A stretch of DNA of 64,000 nt from Chrysomallon squamiferum (lineage: Eukaryota; Animalia; Mollusca): assembly GCA_012295275.1 (NCBI GenBank), contig CM022677.1, positions 8,370,001 to 8,434,000 on the forward strand, given 5' to 3'. The notes under the pieces were generated by a model. That model searched no databases, had not been told where the DNA came from, and saw only the letters and a program-made list of their open reading frames with translations. Positions 40,375 through 51,869 of this stretch are shown one piece after another. The translations under genes and the position numbers were made by a program. Positions within the stretch are counted from its first letter, which is position 1. Each line of letters starts with the position of its first letter.

Positions 40375-41246
40375 ATCTAAAACAGAAAAATCTTTTGAAG
40401 TTGTTGTCTTTCATCTCAGGAATATCTTCAATTTCAACAGCTTGTATTTCACAAATAATGGCACGTGAGGGAACGGATATTGCACGAGTTGTCACATTGG
40501 AAATGTGAATGTCTAACTCAAACAATTTCTTTTTATTGTCATACTTGTAGCTGAATAAACTTGGAGCGATGTCTAAGTCATCCGGAATAACGGAACCCTT
40601 GGTTGGTGCAGTCATAGCCCAAGTACATCTATAGGGAAGAGGTTTATCAACAACACCACGCAGCGTGATTTCACTGTTGGCAGGAATCACCACTCTTTTG
40701 CATTCTGCACTCTTCACCTTACCAAGAATAAAATGGTTTCTCTCCAATTCTTTTTGCTGTAATGTTAAACATCTAAAAGACAGATACCAAGGGGTATGAA
40801 GATTAGCTTTTTGTAGGAATCTGTTACCATATGTTTTCTTGCACTGATTCATAAAATGAGAGAGAACGTTAGTACCAAGAAGTAATGGGACAGAAGAATT
40901 GTACTTACTATTTGGTACAACTAACAAAATGCTAAGCAAAGGAGAGGAAATACTGCCTGTCCCTTGCAGTTCAACTTCAATATACCCATGATACGGTAAA
41001 ACGTTTAAAATAGTATCAAGAGATTTGAGAGGTGTATCAGAAAAAATATTTATTATAAAAACCTTCAGAAATTGTTGAAACTGTAGAACCAGTATCTAAC
41101 AGAGCTTTAGTAGAAATACCATTGACAAGTATAGAACTTTCATTTGGTTCACCAACCATTTCTGTTATTTGCTGGTTTTGAAAAATGGGCTTGACTCCAT
41201 GTGTACCTATGGGTTGCCCTTCGCCATAGGCGGTCTCCAGTTTAAA
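40340..41246 (-). pseudogene. pol: pol fragment: aspartic protease and PR-RT spacer domain
   Basis: The -1 frame from 41246 reads ...MVGEPNEVSILVNGISTKALLDTGSTVSTISEGFY. An extra T in the run at ~41041-46 shifts to SDTPLKSLDTILNVLPYHGYIEVEL...LLVVP...LLLGTN (ORF 40340-40939). Confidence 0.9.
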
Positions 41247-42271
41247 GGTTTACCTGTCTGGTGGGGTAATTTAACCCTACATCCCTTCTTTATGTGCCCT
41301 GGCTGACCACAACGAAAACAGACCGGTTCATTACTCTGAAAAGAAGATGATGCAGAATTCCATTTTGGAACAGATTTGATATCTGCCTGATGCCTTGTTT
41401 TGGACTCAGTGGCTGTCTGACGCTGCTTCAGAGAACTCAACTCTGCTGACATCTGCTTGAGTATGCCTCGAATTTCCTGAATATCGGAATTCTCTTGAGA
41501 AACCGCAGCCTTTCCAGGAATAGTCTTGCCCTTTGATTCAATTCTTTTCTTTCTCTGTTGCAATTCTTCTTCTACTTGTCTTATAACTTTAATAAAATCT
41601 TCAAAAGTGTCATCCTTTTCAAACTTGTGTCCTGATAAATCTTTTAGTTCAGGTCGAAGCCCTGTCCAAAACATATTACGTAACATTGCTTCAGTTTCAT
41701 ATTGATTCACTTTCCCTGCAGCAACAGCCTTGCACAAAATATCTTCAAGCCGGCATGCCCAGTCAGCTACACTTTCATCGTCACTTTGTTTAGCTGTGTA
41801 AAAGGTAGCCATAATAGCATGACCCACTTTTACTTCTCCAAAAACACTATCAAGTTTCTCTATTAGTCTTTCAATAGGCGCATCTTTATCTATATGCATT
41901 GCAACGCGAGCAGCTTTACCGCGAAGCGAACGCCTAATAGCTTCAGACAGGACAGATGTACCATGGGTATTAGTCAAACATTCCAATTCATGTTTCCATT
42001 GATCAAAATCAACATCACCTTTCCCGTCACCTGAGAAGAAAGGAAGCCGAGGTGGCTGTGTTAAAGTCAGTGACGAAGGCAGAGTAGGCTGTAAAGGTGG
42101 ATATTTGGCAGCTCCTTCATCTTCCTTTTTGACAGCTCCTTTAGTAAACTGAGTCATCCAGCTAACCAAATCTTCTGGAGTATCAGCCTTAGGCTGGACA
42201 TGTAACTGTCTAAATGACGAAATTAACTGCACCTCTTCTGCACTTAATTCCGCTATTTCAGGATCAGACAT
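41207..42271 (-). CDS. gag: Gag (PNMA/Ma-like capsid plus CCHC zinc knuckle), 354 aa, intact
   Basis: RLPFFSG, IRRSLRGKA, FYTAKQxxDESVADWACRLE and FWTGL motifs, and knuckle CFRCGQPGHIKKGC. Confidence 0.95.
   Translation of the reverse strand: MSDPEIAELSAEEVQLISSFRQLHVQPKADTPEDLVSWMTQFTKGAVKKEDEGAAKYPPLQPTLPSSLTLTQPPRLPFFSGDGKGDVDFDQWKHELECLTNTHGTSVLSEAIRRSLRGKAARVAMHIDKDAPIERLIEKLDSVFGEVKVGHAIMATFYTAKQSDDESVADWACRLEDILCKAVAAGKVNQYETEAMLRNMFWTGLRPELKDLSGHKFEKDDTFEDFIKVIRQVEEELQQRKKRIESKGKTIPGKAAVSQENSDIQEIRGILKQMSAELSSLKQRQTATESKTRHQADIKSVPKWNSASSSFQSNEPVCFRCGQPGHIKKGCRVKLPHQTGKPLNWRPPMAKGNP
41240..41246 (-). promoter_or_regulatory. -1 ribosomal frameshift slippery site U_UUA_AAC (gag-pol)
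   Basis: XXXYYYZ heptamer correctly phased in gag (CCT TTA AAC). The -1 frame is open into the protease, and a downstream stem CCUAUGG/CCAUAGG is present. Confidence 0.82.
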
Positions 42272-43389
42272 GGTTGAAGGTAAGTATATACTGTAATACT
42301 ATCTTTATAAGTCATAGAAGATATTAAGGTAAGAATATAACAACTACACACAAAAGCAAGTTCAAAATACTAAATGTTTCCCTTGAACTATCAACAAAAC
42401 AATTTAGCTAATACAAGATCATCTTTAGAATTGAAACAATAAATATTTAAAACATATTTCAATTCACAATGTTACAAACTTGAAAAATAATTTGAATGAA
42501 TTACTTAACTATCTTGTGTATTTCATTGATTTTCAGGAATATTGCAGAAATAAGTCACAAATCCTGGAAAGGAAAGTATTTAAGTTACTAATGATTTGTA
42601 ATTACGTGCAGTATGTTAGTTTTTGTATAACGTTTTGTGTAGGTAAGTAAAATAGGATTTAGATCTAGGTGGAGAAAGACATTTAAAAAAAACAATTCAT
42701 GGCCATTTGAATTCACTAGTTAAACCATAACATTTTGTTTTCTTCTAAAAAATATAGAACTATGGCATAATAATATAGACACAACCTGACAAAGATCTAA
42801 GATCACATCAACGTTCAAGTCACATTATTGACAATTGCCAACACATGACAAAAAAACAATCTTCAAAAATCAAATACAAGGTATTCAAGTTCAGGTATTG
42901 ACTCTTTCTATCACAGGTAAGTGAAAACAATTAAAATAAATAAATTAAATTAAATAATTAAATAGATTCACACAGTGAAAAGGTACTCAATTACAAATTT
43001 GTATCGATACATCATTTGCTTTTCTTTTTAATCAACGTATATGAAAACAACTTAAAAAACAAAATGTCCACAGAAGAAAAATAAAAATAAATAAATAAGA
43101 TCTGTTGTTTGTTTTCTGATAACTAAATTGGCTTTTCAAAGCAATGTCATGGCGTTATACATAATATAACCATTTCTCATTGCATTATTTTAGTTCTAAG
43201 TTAAAATGTCCACGTGGAATTACAAAAACAAAACCACACACACAAATAAAATCAGAGAAGCTCACGAAACATCTGATGACGTCATACACTAGGGAGGAAG
43301 TTCATAGGTGGAGTTAGTAACACTGTCGTCGATACATACACCCTCTGCCATCCATTGGTTGTGTGTCCATCCTTTGTCTTGTTTGTCGG

Positions 43390-43406
43390 TCCCTACGTCG
43401 GCTCCA
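43390..43406 (-). other. Primer-binding site
   Basis: TGGAGCCGACGTAGGGA two nt inside the 5' LTR; begins with TGG, complementary to tRNA CCA. tRNA identity not determined. Confidence 0.85.
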
Positions 43407-43408
43407 AA

Positions 43409-44681
43409 TGTATCAGATTTTTCACTTTTTCCAGAACACAGGAAGTAGAACGTAACAGCTACGGGTGGGTTCAGACAGTTTATTCGATGTCACACAAAAA
43501 TGAAGACAAGGAAAAACACCCTACGAGAACAATAAAACAACAATAAATATCACATCATAGAGTACATATAGCATCAAGTTATAGAATAATTTATGTATAT
43601 ATGTAACATTTATATCACAATTTAAGCAAATGTATATCTATAATACTATTCATCTCATCATAAAAATAATGTAAATTGAATTATCTTGCTTTAAATCCTG
43701 AGTATTTAATGCCAAACTATAAAAGCATTTGATAACATAAAGCAAATACATGTGATAAATACACTTGATTAACATGACAAATACAAATAGTCATATACCA
43801 CAGTTATACATGACAAACTGATATTTGACAAACATAATACATAAAAACTCATACCAGGTAGATGACACCTGGGTGTAAGAAACTGGATTCTCCAGCACAC
43901 TGAACGAGAACAGGACAATCTACAAATCAAATACAAGACATATACAAGAAACTACCGATAATTACACAATTAACACATCACATATCGCCAACCACGATGC
44001 ACCAAAACATGTCCACACACACATAAAAAATACACATACAAAATACATATACACAATTGACATTTCATTCAGATTGTATGTTTTCTTTAAGCCAGCTATC
44101 TTGAACAAATGTTTATTCAATGTAATTTAATCCATATATCCAATATAAATAATAATTACTTTATATATTCATAAAGTAATTAAACAAGTACTTTCTAATG
44201 GTGTTAAATAACAATGCATGTATACAAAACATACATATATTAAATAAAACAAAATACAGACTAACCTTTCAGATAATATCCACTTTCAAATAATAAATTC
44301 AGTTCCACCTTTAAAAATGAAATCTGGCCTGACAGTATAATCTTAGCAGGAGAAATAAACCTGAACACTTGAGCCAAGTTGTTTATTCCCTGATGGGCTT
44401 GGGAGAGGAGTTTGGGAACAATAGTTAACACGCAAGGCAAGTAACGTGTGTTAGTACAGTGTAAGCTGAATGAAACAATCACCACAATGACAAGTTACCA
44501 GCCTATTGTTTGGCATAACCTGGCTAGGGATAAAATAAAACTTTAGTTACACAATAAGCTGACAGGAGGCAAGCTGTAAATAAGACCTTTCATTAATGAC
44601 AAAGCCTGCTAAAAAGCAAATATCTGCAAATAAAACATTAAATACAAATCCTAACTAAAACAAATACCACATACTTCCACA
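43409..44681 (-). repeat. 5' LTR (1273 bp)
   Basis: TGTATCAG...TTCCACA on the + strand; direct repeat of 35580-36857. Confidence 0.95.
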
Positions 44682-47600
44682 TAAATACAAGTAAACACTG
44701 TTCTAATTTTAAATACAAGTAAACACTGTTCTAATTTTAAATACACAAGTAAACACTGAACTCTAGTTTTGTAATATTCAAGTAAACACTGAACTCTAGT
44801 TTTGTAATATTCAAGTAAACACTGTACTCTAGTTTTAAATATACAAATAAACACTGAACTCTAGTTTTGTAATATTCAAGTAAACACTGTACTCTAGTTT
44901 TAAATATACAAATAAACATTATACTCTAGTTTTAAATATAGAAGTAAACACTGAACTCTAGTTTTGTAATATTCAAGTAAACACTGAACTCTAGTTTTGT
45001 AATATTCAAGTAAACACTGTTCTAGTTTTGTAATATTCAAGTAAACACTGTTCTAGTTTTAACTATACAAGTAAACACTGTTCTAGTTTTAAATATACAA
45101 GTACACACTGTTCTAGTTTTAAATATACAAGTAAACACTGTTCTAGTTTTAACTATACAAGTAAACACTGTTCTAGTTTTAAATATACAAGTAAACACTG
45201 TACTAGTTTTAAATATACAAGTAAACATTGAACTCTAGTTTTAAATATACAAGTAAACAGTGTTCTAGTTTTAAATATACAAGTAAACAGTGTTCTAGTT
45301 TTAAATATACAAGTAAACACTGGTCTAGTTTTAAATATACAAGTAAACACTGTTCTAGTTTTAAATATACAAGTAAACACTGTTCTAGTTTTGTAATATT
45401 CAAGTAAACACTGTTCTAGTTTTAACTATACAAGTAAACACTGTTCTAATTTTAAATATTCAAATAAACACTGTTCTAGTTTTAAATATACAAGTAAATA
45501 CTGAACTCTGGTTTAAATATAGAAGTAAACACTGTTCTAGTTTTAAATATACAAGTAAACACTGTTCTAGTTTTAAATATACAAGTAAACACTGTTCTAG
45601 TTTTAAATATACAAGTAAACAGTGAACTCTAGTTTTAAATATACAAGTAAACACTGTTCGAGTTTTAAATATACAAGTAAACACTGTTCTAGTTTTAAAT
45701 ATACAAGTAAACACTGTACTAGTTTTAAATATACACGTAAACAGTGTTCTAGTTTTAAATATACAAGTAAACACTGTTCTAGTTTTAAATATACAAGTAC
45801 ACACTGTTCTAGTTTTAAATATACAAGTAAACAGTGTTCTAGTTTTAACTATACAAGTAAACACTGTTCTAGTTTTAACTATACAAGTAAACACTGTTCT
45901 AGTTTTAAATATACAAGTAAACACTGTACTAGTTTTAAATATACAAGTAAACATTGAACTCTAGTTTTAAATATACAAGTAAACAGTGTTCTAGTTTTAA
46001 ATATACAAGTAAACAGTGTTCTAGTTTTAAATATACAAGTAAACACTGTTCTAGTTTTAAATATACAAGTAAACACTGTTCTAGTTTTAAATATACAAGT
46101 AAACACTGTTCTAGTTTTGTAATATTCAAGTAAACACTGTTCTAGTTTTAACTATACAAGTAAACACTGTTCTAATTTTAAATATTCAAATAAACACTGT
46201 ACTAGTTTTAAATATACAAGTAAACATTGAACTCTAGTTTTAAATATACAAGTAAACAGTGTTCTAGTTTTAAATATACAAGTAAACAGTGTTCTAGTTT
46301 TAAATATACAAGTAAACACTGTTCTAGTTTTAAATATACAAGTAAACACTGTTCTAGTTTTAAATATACAAGTAAACACTGTTCTAGTTTTGTAATATTC
46401 AAGTAAACACTGTTCTAGTTTTAACTATACAAGTAAACACTGTTCTAATTTTAAATATTCAAATAAACACTGTTCTAGTTTTAAATATACAAGTAAATAC
46501 TGTACTAGTTTTAAATATACACGTAAACACTGAACTCTAGTTTTAAATATACAAGTAAACACTGTTCTAGTTTTAACTATACAAGTAAACAGTGTTCTAG
46601 TTTTAACTATACAAGTAAACACTGTTCTAGTTTTAAATATACAAGTAAACACTGTACTAGTTTTAAATATACAAGTAAACATTGAACTCTAGTTTTAAAT
46701 ATACAAGTAAACAGTGTTCTAGTTTTAAATATACAAGTAAACAGTGTTCTAGTTTTAAATATACAAGTAAACACTGTTCTAGTTTTAAATATACAAGTAA
46801 ACACTGTTCTAGTTTTGTAATATTCAAGTAAACACTGTTCTAGTTTTAACTATACAAGTAAACACTGTTCTAATTTTAAATATTCAAATAAACACTGTTC
46901 TAGTTTTAAATATACAAGTAAATACTGAACTCTGGTTTAAATATAGAAGTAAACACTGTTCTAGTTTTAAATATACAAGTAAATACTGTTCTAGTTTTAA
47001 ATATACAAGTAAACACTGTTCTAGTTTTAAATATACAAGTAAACAGTGAACTCTAGTTTTAAATATACAAGTAAACACTGTTCGAGTTTTAAATATACAA
47101 GTAAACACTGTTCTAGTTTTAAATATACAAGTAAACACTGTACTAGTTTTAAATATACACGTAAACAGTGTTCTAGTTTTAGATATACAAGTAAACACTG
47201 TTCTAGTTTTAAATATACAAGTACACACTGTTCTAGTTTTAAATATACAAGTAAACAGTGTTCTAGTTTTAACTATACAAGTAAACACTGTTCTAGTTTT
47301 AAATATACAAGTAAACACTGTTCTAGTTTTAAATATACAAGTAAACACTGTACTAGTTTTAAATATACAAGTAAACATTGAACTCTAGTTTTAAATATAC
47401 AAGTAAACAGTGTTCTAGTTTTAAATATACAAGTAAACACTGTTCTAGTTTTAAATATACAAGTAAACACTGTTCTAGTTTTAAATATACAAGTAAACAC
47501 TGTTCTAGTTTTAAATATACAAGTAAACACTGTTCTAGTTTTAACTATACAAGTAAACACTGTTCTAATTTTAAATATTCAAATAAACACTGTTCTAGTT

Positions 47601-48856
47601 TTAAATATACAAGTAAATACTGAACTCTGGTTTAAATATAGAAGTAAACACTGTTCTAGTTTTAAATATACAAGTAAACACTGTTCTAGTTTTAAATATA
47701 CAAGTAAACACTGTTCTAGTTTTAAATATACAAGTAAACAGTGAACTCTAGTTTTAAATATACAAGTAAACACTGTTCGAGTTTTAAATATACAAGTAAA
47801 CACTGTTCTAGTTTTAAATATACAAGTAAACACTGTACTAGTTTTAAATATACACGTAAACAGTGTTCTAGTTTTAAATATACAAGTAAACACTGTTCTA
47901 GTTTTAAATATACAAGTACACACTGTTCTAGTTTTAAATATACAAGTAAACACTGTACTAGTTTTAAATATACACGTAAACACTGAACTCTAGTTTTAAA
48001 TATACAAGTAAACACTGTTCTAGTTTTAAATATACAAGTAAACACTGTTCTAGTTTTAAATATACAAGTAAACAGTGAACTCTAGTTTTAAATATACAAG
48101 TAAACACTGTTCGAGTTTTAAATATACAAGTAAACACTGTTCTAGTTTTAAATATACAAGTACACACTGTACTAGTTTTAAATATACACGTAAACAGTGT
48201 TCTAGTTTTAAATATACAAGTAAACACTGTTCGAGTTTTAAATATACAAGTAAACACTGTACTAGTTTTAAATATACACGTAAACAGTGTTCTAGTTTTA
48301 AATATACAAGTAAACACTGTTCTAGTTTTAAATATACAAGTACACACTGTTCGAGTTTTAAATATACAAGTAAACACTACTAGTTTTAAATATACAAGTA
48401 AACACTGAACTCTAGTTTTAAATATACAAGTAAACACTGTTCTAGTTTTAAATATACAAGTAAACACTGTTCTAGTTTTTAATATACAAGTAAACACTGT
48501 TCTAGTTTTAAATATACAAGTAAACACTGTTCTAGTTTTAAATATACAAGTAAACACTGTTCTAGTTTTAAATATACAAATAAACATTGTACTCTAGTTT
48601 TAAATATAGAAGTAAACACTGAACTCTAGTTTTGTAATATTCAAGTAAACACTGAACTCTAGTTTTGTAATATTCAAGTAAACACTGTTCTAGTTTTGTA
48701 ATATTCAAGTAAACACTGTTCTAGTTTTAAATATAGAAGTAAACACTGTTCTAGTTTTAAATATACAAGTAAACACTGTTCTAGTTTTAACTATACAAGT
48801 AAACAGTGTTCTAGTTTTAAATATACAAGTAAACACTGTTCTAGTTTTAAATATAC
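44682..48856. repeat. 30-bp minisatellite (~135-140 units, 32-bp variants, higher-order blocks)
   Basis: Consensus CAAGTAAACACTGTTCTAGTTTTAAATATA; all ORFs here are artefacts. Confidence 0.98.
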
Positions 48857-50341
48857 CGCAGCTATTACTACTACTGCTACTATTACTACATTTCAGTTTC
48901 TGTTCAGGTTATTTATTTGCCAAAGTCAGCATGACTATAAACACAAGACAAGAATACAGTTATAAAACAGAAACAGTTGTATAATAGGTTGCAGTATACA
49001 AACACAGGAATAAAAAATTAAACTTAAGAACTAGGATAATAAAACTATAAACATATAGTTGTATATATGTAGTTACAAATTAAATTACATATTTATCAAG
49101 ATTCCTTAAAGTTTTTTTTTTTTTTGAAGACAAAAGATTGATTATGTTAAAAGTAGATGGTCTTGTATACAAATATTTCTTTAAATAAACATTTTGATGC
49201 AAAATGGAATTCAACTTCAATGCCTCCACTGTCTCTCTCTCATACAGACGCACACACACACGCACACACATACTCACCACCAACAACAAAAACCAATGCG
49301 TCCACTAAGAAGGTTCGATCCTATGTGTCAAGTATCCCACTAGAAAGGCTCTACCGATCAAAGTTAATCCGAATATATCGCTGATTACGCTAATAAATAA
49401 TAAATAAATAAATAAATAAATAAATAAATGTTTCAACATCAGAGTCATACAACAACTCCAAGTTCTTGTCAGTTGTGAAGATCAGTTTTAGGTCTCCTCC
49501 TTCAACTCTGTGTAGAAAAGGATCTCCTCCCTCGGTGCGGGTCCTCTCTCCTTCTAAGTTGTCCTGTCCTGGGTAGTCGGGGTAGGGTTTTGTGTCACTG
49601 TCTGTATAGTATCGTCTTAATGGCACGAAAACGTGGAATCTCCGCTAACAATTCATTAGGAAAAAAGTGGTGTTTTTTCCCGAGATTGGAAATCTCATTG
49701 GCGTAAATCTTAGGAATTGGCGTTGTTTCCATTTTAGCTCGGTCCATGATTTTCGCCTTAAACGCATCAACATTCTTAATAAATGGCGTTGCCGCGTGGT
49801 TGTGCTGTAGCTGGTCTGCCACCTGAGCATGTTGTTCACAGGCACAAAGTAGGCTCAGCACTGTAAATTTTCTCTCCACACTTTCTATTCACGCGAAATT
49901 TGTGCCTGTTGTAATACAAATGTCGTCCTATTAATGTGCCGATAAAAGTTACTCTAACTTGTGCAGCTGCCATAATGTCTAACGTGATATAAAACTTTAT
50001 ATCGGGAAAAGAACCAATGTACAGGTGCCTGCTCAGTATAAGAGAAAGATAAATTTACTACCCAAAACAGTAAATTGGTAGAGCGTAATACGAGCAAACA
50101 AACAAAAAAGAAAAACACTCAGGTACCTACTCAGTTAATGGAAGCCTAATTACAGTCTACAAAGAACAGTAATCACATAACATTCTGCGTCAGGGTTCTC
50201 ATCTCGTTGTTAAAAAAAAAGTTGTCTCATTACTGCAGCGCAGAACTTACAAAAATTAGAAATGTCTACGTCGCGGGACTTTTATTATTCTACGTCCCGG
50301 TACAAAACAAAATAGATTTGTCAACTTCACGGGCTGACACC
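48857..50341 (-). mobile_element. Deleted Mutator-like (MULE) element, copy 1, retaining the transposase N-terminus (49973-49430)
   Basis: Reads MAAAQVRVTFIGTLIGRHLYYNRHKFRVNRK..., HNH (FLYWCH-like), IPRFRAIKTILYRQ*HKTLPRLP and GDPFL...LIFTTDKNLELL, which normally precede the MULE DDE domain. Frameshifted; flanks homologous to copy 2. Confidence 0.75.
49290..49428 (+). mobile_element. Possible short tRNA-derived SINE fragment inside MULE copy 1
   Basis: Perfect B box GGTTCGATCC (49312-21), ~70 nt body, then a (TAAA)n tail; no clear A box or TSD. Confidence 0.3.
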
Positions 50342-50362
50342 TTTTTAATATACAAGTACTCT

Positions 50363-51447
50363 AAGTCGACAACTTCTATAAATGTGTCTACTTAGCGGGA
50401 CAAGATGAAATGTACCAGTGATGATCTGTCGATGTCCGAGTACTCGTTAATTGCCGTTTTACCTGGCTGACAGTGTGCGCTGTCAAAAGGTAACAACGAG
50501 ATAATACTGTATCGCAGCTATTACTACTGCTACTATTACTACAATTCAGTTTCAGTTCAATTTATTTATTAGCCAGAGTCAGCATGACTATAAACACAAA
50601 ACAGACAAGATTACAGTTATAAAACAGAAACAGTTGTGTAATAGGATACTGTATACAAATACAGTGGAACAAAATTAAACGTAAGAATTAGGATGATAAA
50701 AATATAAACATATAGTTGTTATATATATATGTAGTTACTAATAAAATTACATAATTACACACACACACACATAAATAAATATATTGGAGTCACATAAATA
50801 TATTGGTTAAGGATGATGGATCTTTGAGATGTAGACGTTCTCCTATGTGATCTGTGTCCTCCATGTTGATGTGGTTGTTGATCAGCTCTTCTTTCACAGA
50901 GCGGATTCTGACATCAGTAGCGCTGTATTTGTGTTTTCGTGCTGGAGCTTGCCAGTGACCATCCAGATTCACTTCCATTATAGACTGCTCACGTTTTAGA
51001 AGCCCTACTACCTCAAAAATGTCATCCGCCTCTTAACATATCAATAAAAGTCACTCTAACTTGTGCAGCTGCCATAAACGTGAAATTATTTTCCATTTTG
51101 ATATTAGACTTTATATAGATTAAACCGGGAAAAGAACCAATGCACAAGCGCCTACTGAATATAAATTGGTAGCATAATAGGAGCAAATAATGAAAAGGAG
51201 AAGAAAAAAAATGCTTAGGTACCTACTCAATTAATGAAAGCATAATTGCAAATTCTACCCAGGACAGTAATCACAAAACATTCTGTACAAACACGGTTCA
51301 TACACAAAGCAGAACATCTACTTTATCTCGTTGTTAACAATAAAGGCGTCTCATAACTGCAGCTCAGAACTTACAAACCAATTAGACATGTGGACGTCCC
51401 GGGACTTTTATTATTCGACGTCCCGGTACTAAACAAAATAGACTTGT
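50363..51447 (-). mobile_element. Deleted MULE element, copy 2, retaining the start codon region fused to the transposase C-terminus (51075-50790)
   Basis: Same MAAAQVRVTFI start, then IFEVVGLLKREQSIMEVNL...RKHKYSATDVRI, matching the LKxEQ...RKxKY...DxRI tail of animal MULE transposases. Its left end AAGTCGACAACTTCTAT...GGGACAAGA is an imperfect inverted repeat of the right ends. Confidence 0.72.
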
Positions 51448-51450
51448 GGT

Positions 51451-51580
51451 CAAGTAATCACTGTACTCTGGTTTTAAATATACAAGTACTCTAGTTTTAA
51501 ATATACTAGTACTCTAGTTTTAAATATACTAGTACTCTAGTTTAAATATACAAGTACTCTCGTTTTAAATAAACAGGTAA
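51451..51580. repeat. Right remnant of the 30-bp minisatellite (shortened units)
   Basis: TTTTAAATATACAAGTACTCTAG-type units. Confidence 0.88.
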
Positions 51581-51591
51581 ACTTCTTCCAG

Positions 51592-51670
51592 TGAAGTATG
51601 TTCTCGGTATTTTTACCAGAGCGTGTCAGTGACGGTTGGGTGATGATATTAAAGGCAACTGCGTCTTCAA
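51592..51670 (+). pseudogene. Probable next exon of the Sushi gene, possibly the start of a galectin-like domain
   Basis: CTTCTTCCAG acceptor and GTAAGG donor. Reads *SMFSVFLPERVSDGWVMILKATASS, resembling the first strands (FxxxLPxxLxxGxxIxIxG) of galectin CRDs. Short, so the domain call is weak. Confidence 0.3.
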
Positions 51671-51869
51671 GTAAGGTTACTTCTGACACTGAGAGATAAA
51701 CGTAGTATTACACATGCAGTGAGAATCAATAAAAATTAACTGAATCAGAGTAACACACTGGAAGAATAACTATGCCAGACATTGAGACGATAAGTAGAAA
51801 AATTTAATTAAATATTATATTATGTCTGAAATACACTGGTTCCTGATACAGGGATAAACACAAATGTAA

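Larger units (their letters stand above)
35580..44681 (-). mobile_element. Full-length Ty3/gypsy (Metaviridae) LTR retrotransposon, ~9.1 kb, recently inserted, pol inactivated
   Basis: Two ~1.27-kb direct LTRs with TG...CA ends, TAAA TSD (35576-79, 44682-85), PBS, PPT, and gag followed by PR-RT-RNaseH-IN order. Confidence 0.97.

Noticed and set aside
44682-48856. CRISPR array, or repeat proteins (FTCIFKTRTV, SSFKYTSKHC)
   Set aside because: Units are head-to-tail with no unique spacers and no cas genes; ORFs occur in several frames on both strands and break at 32-bp variants.
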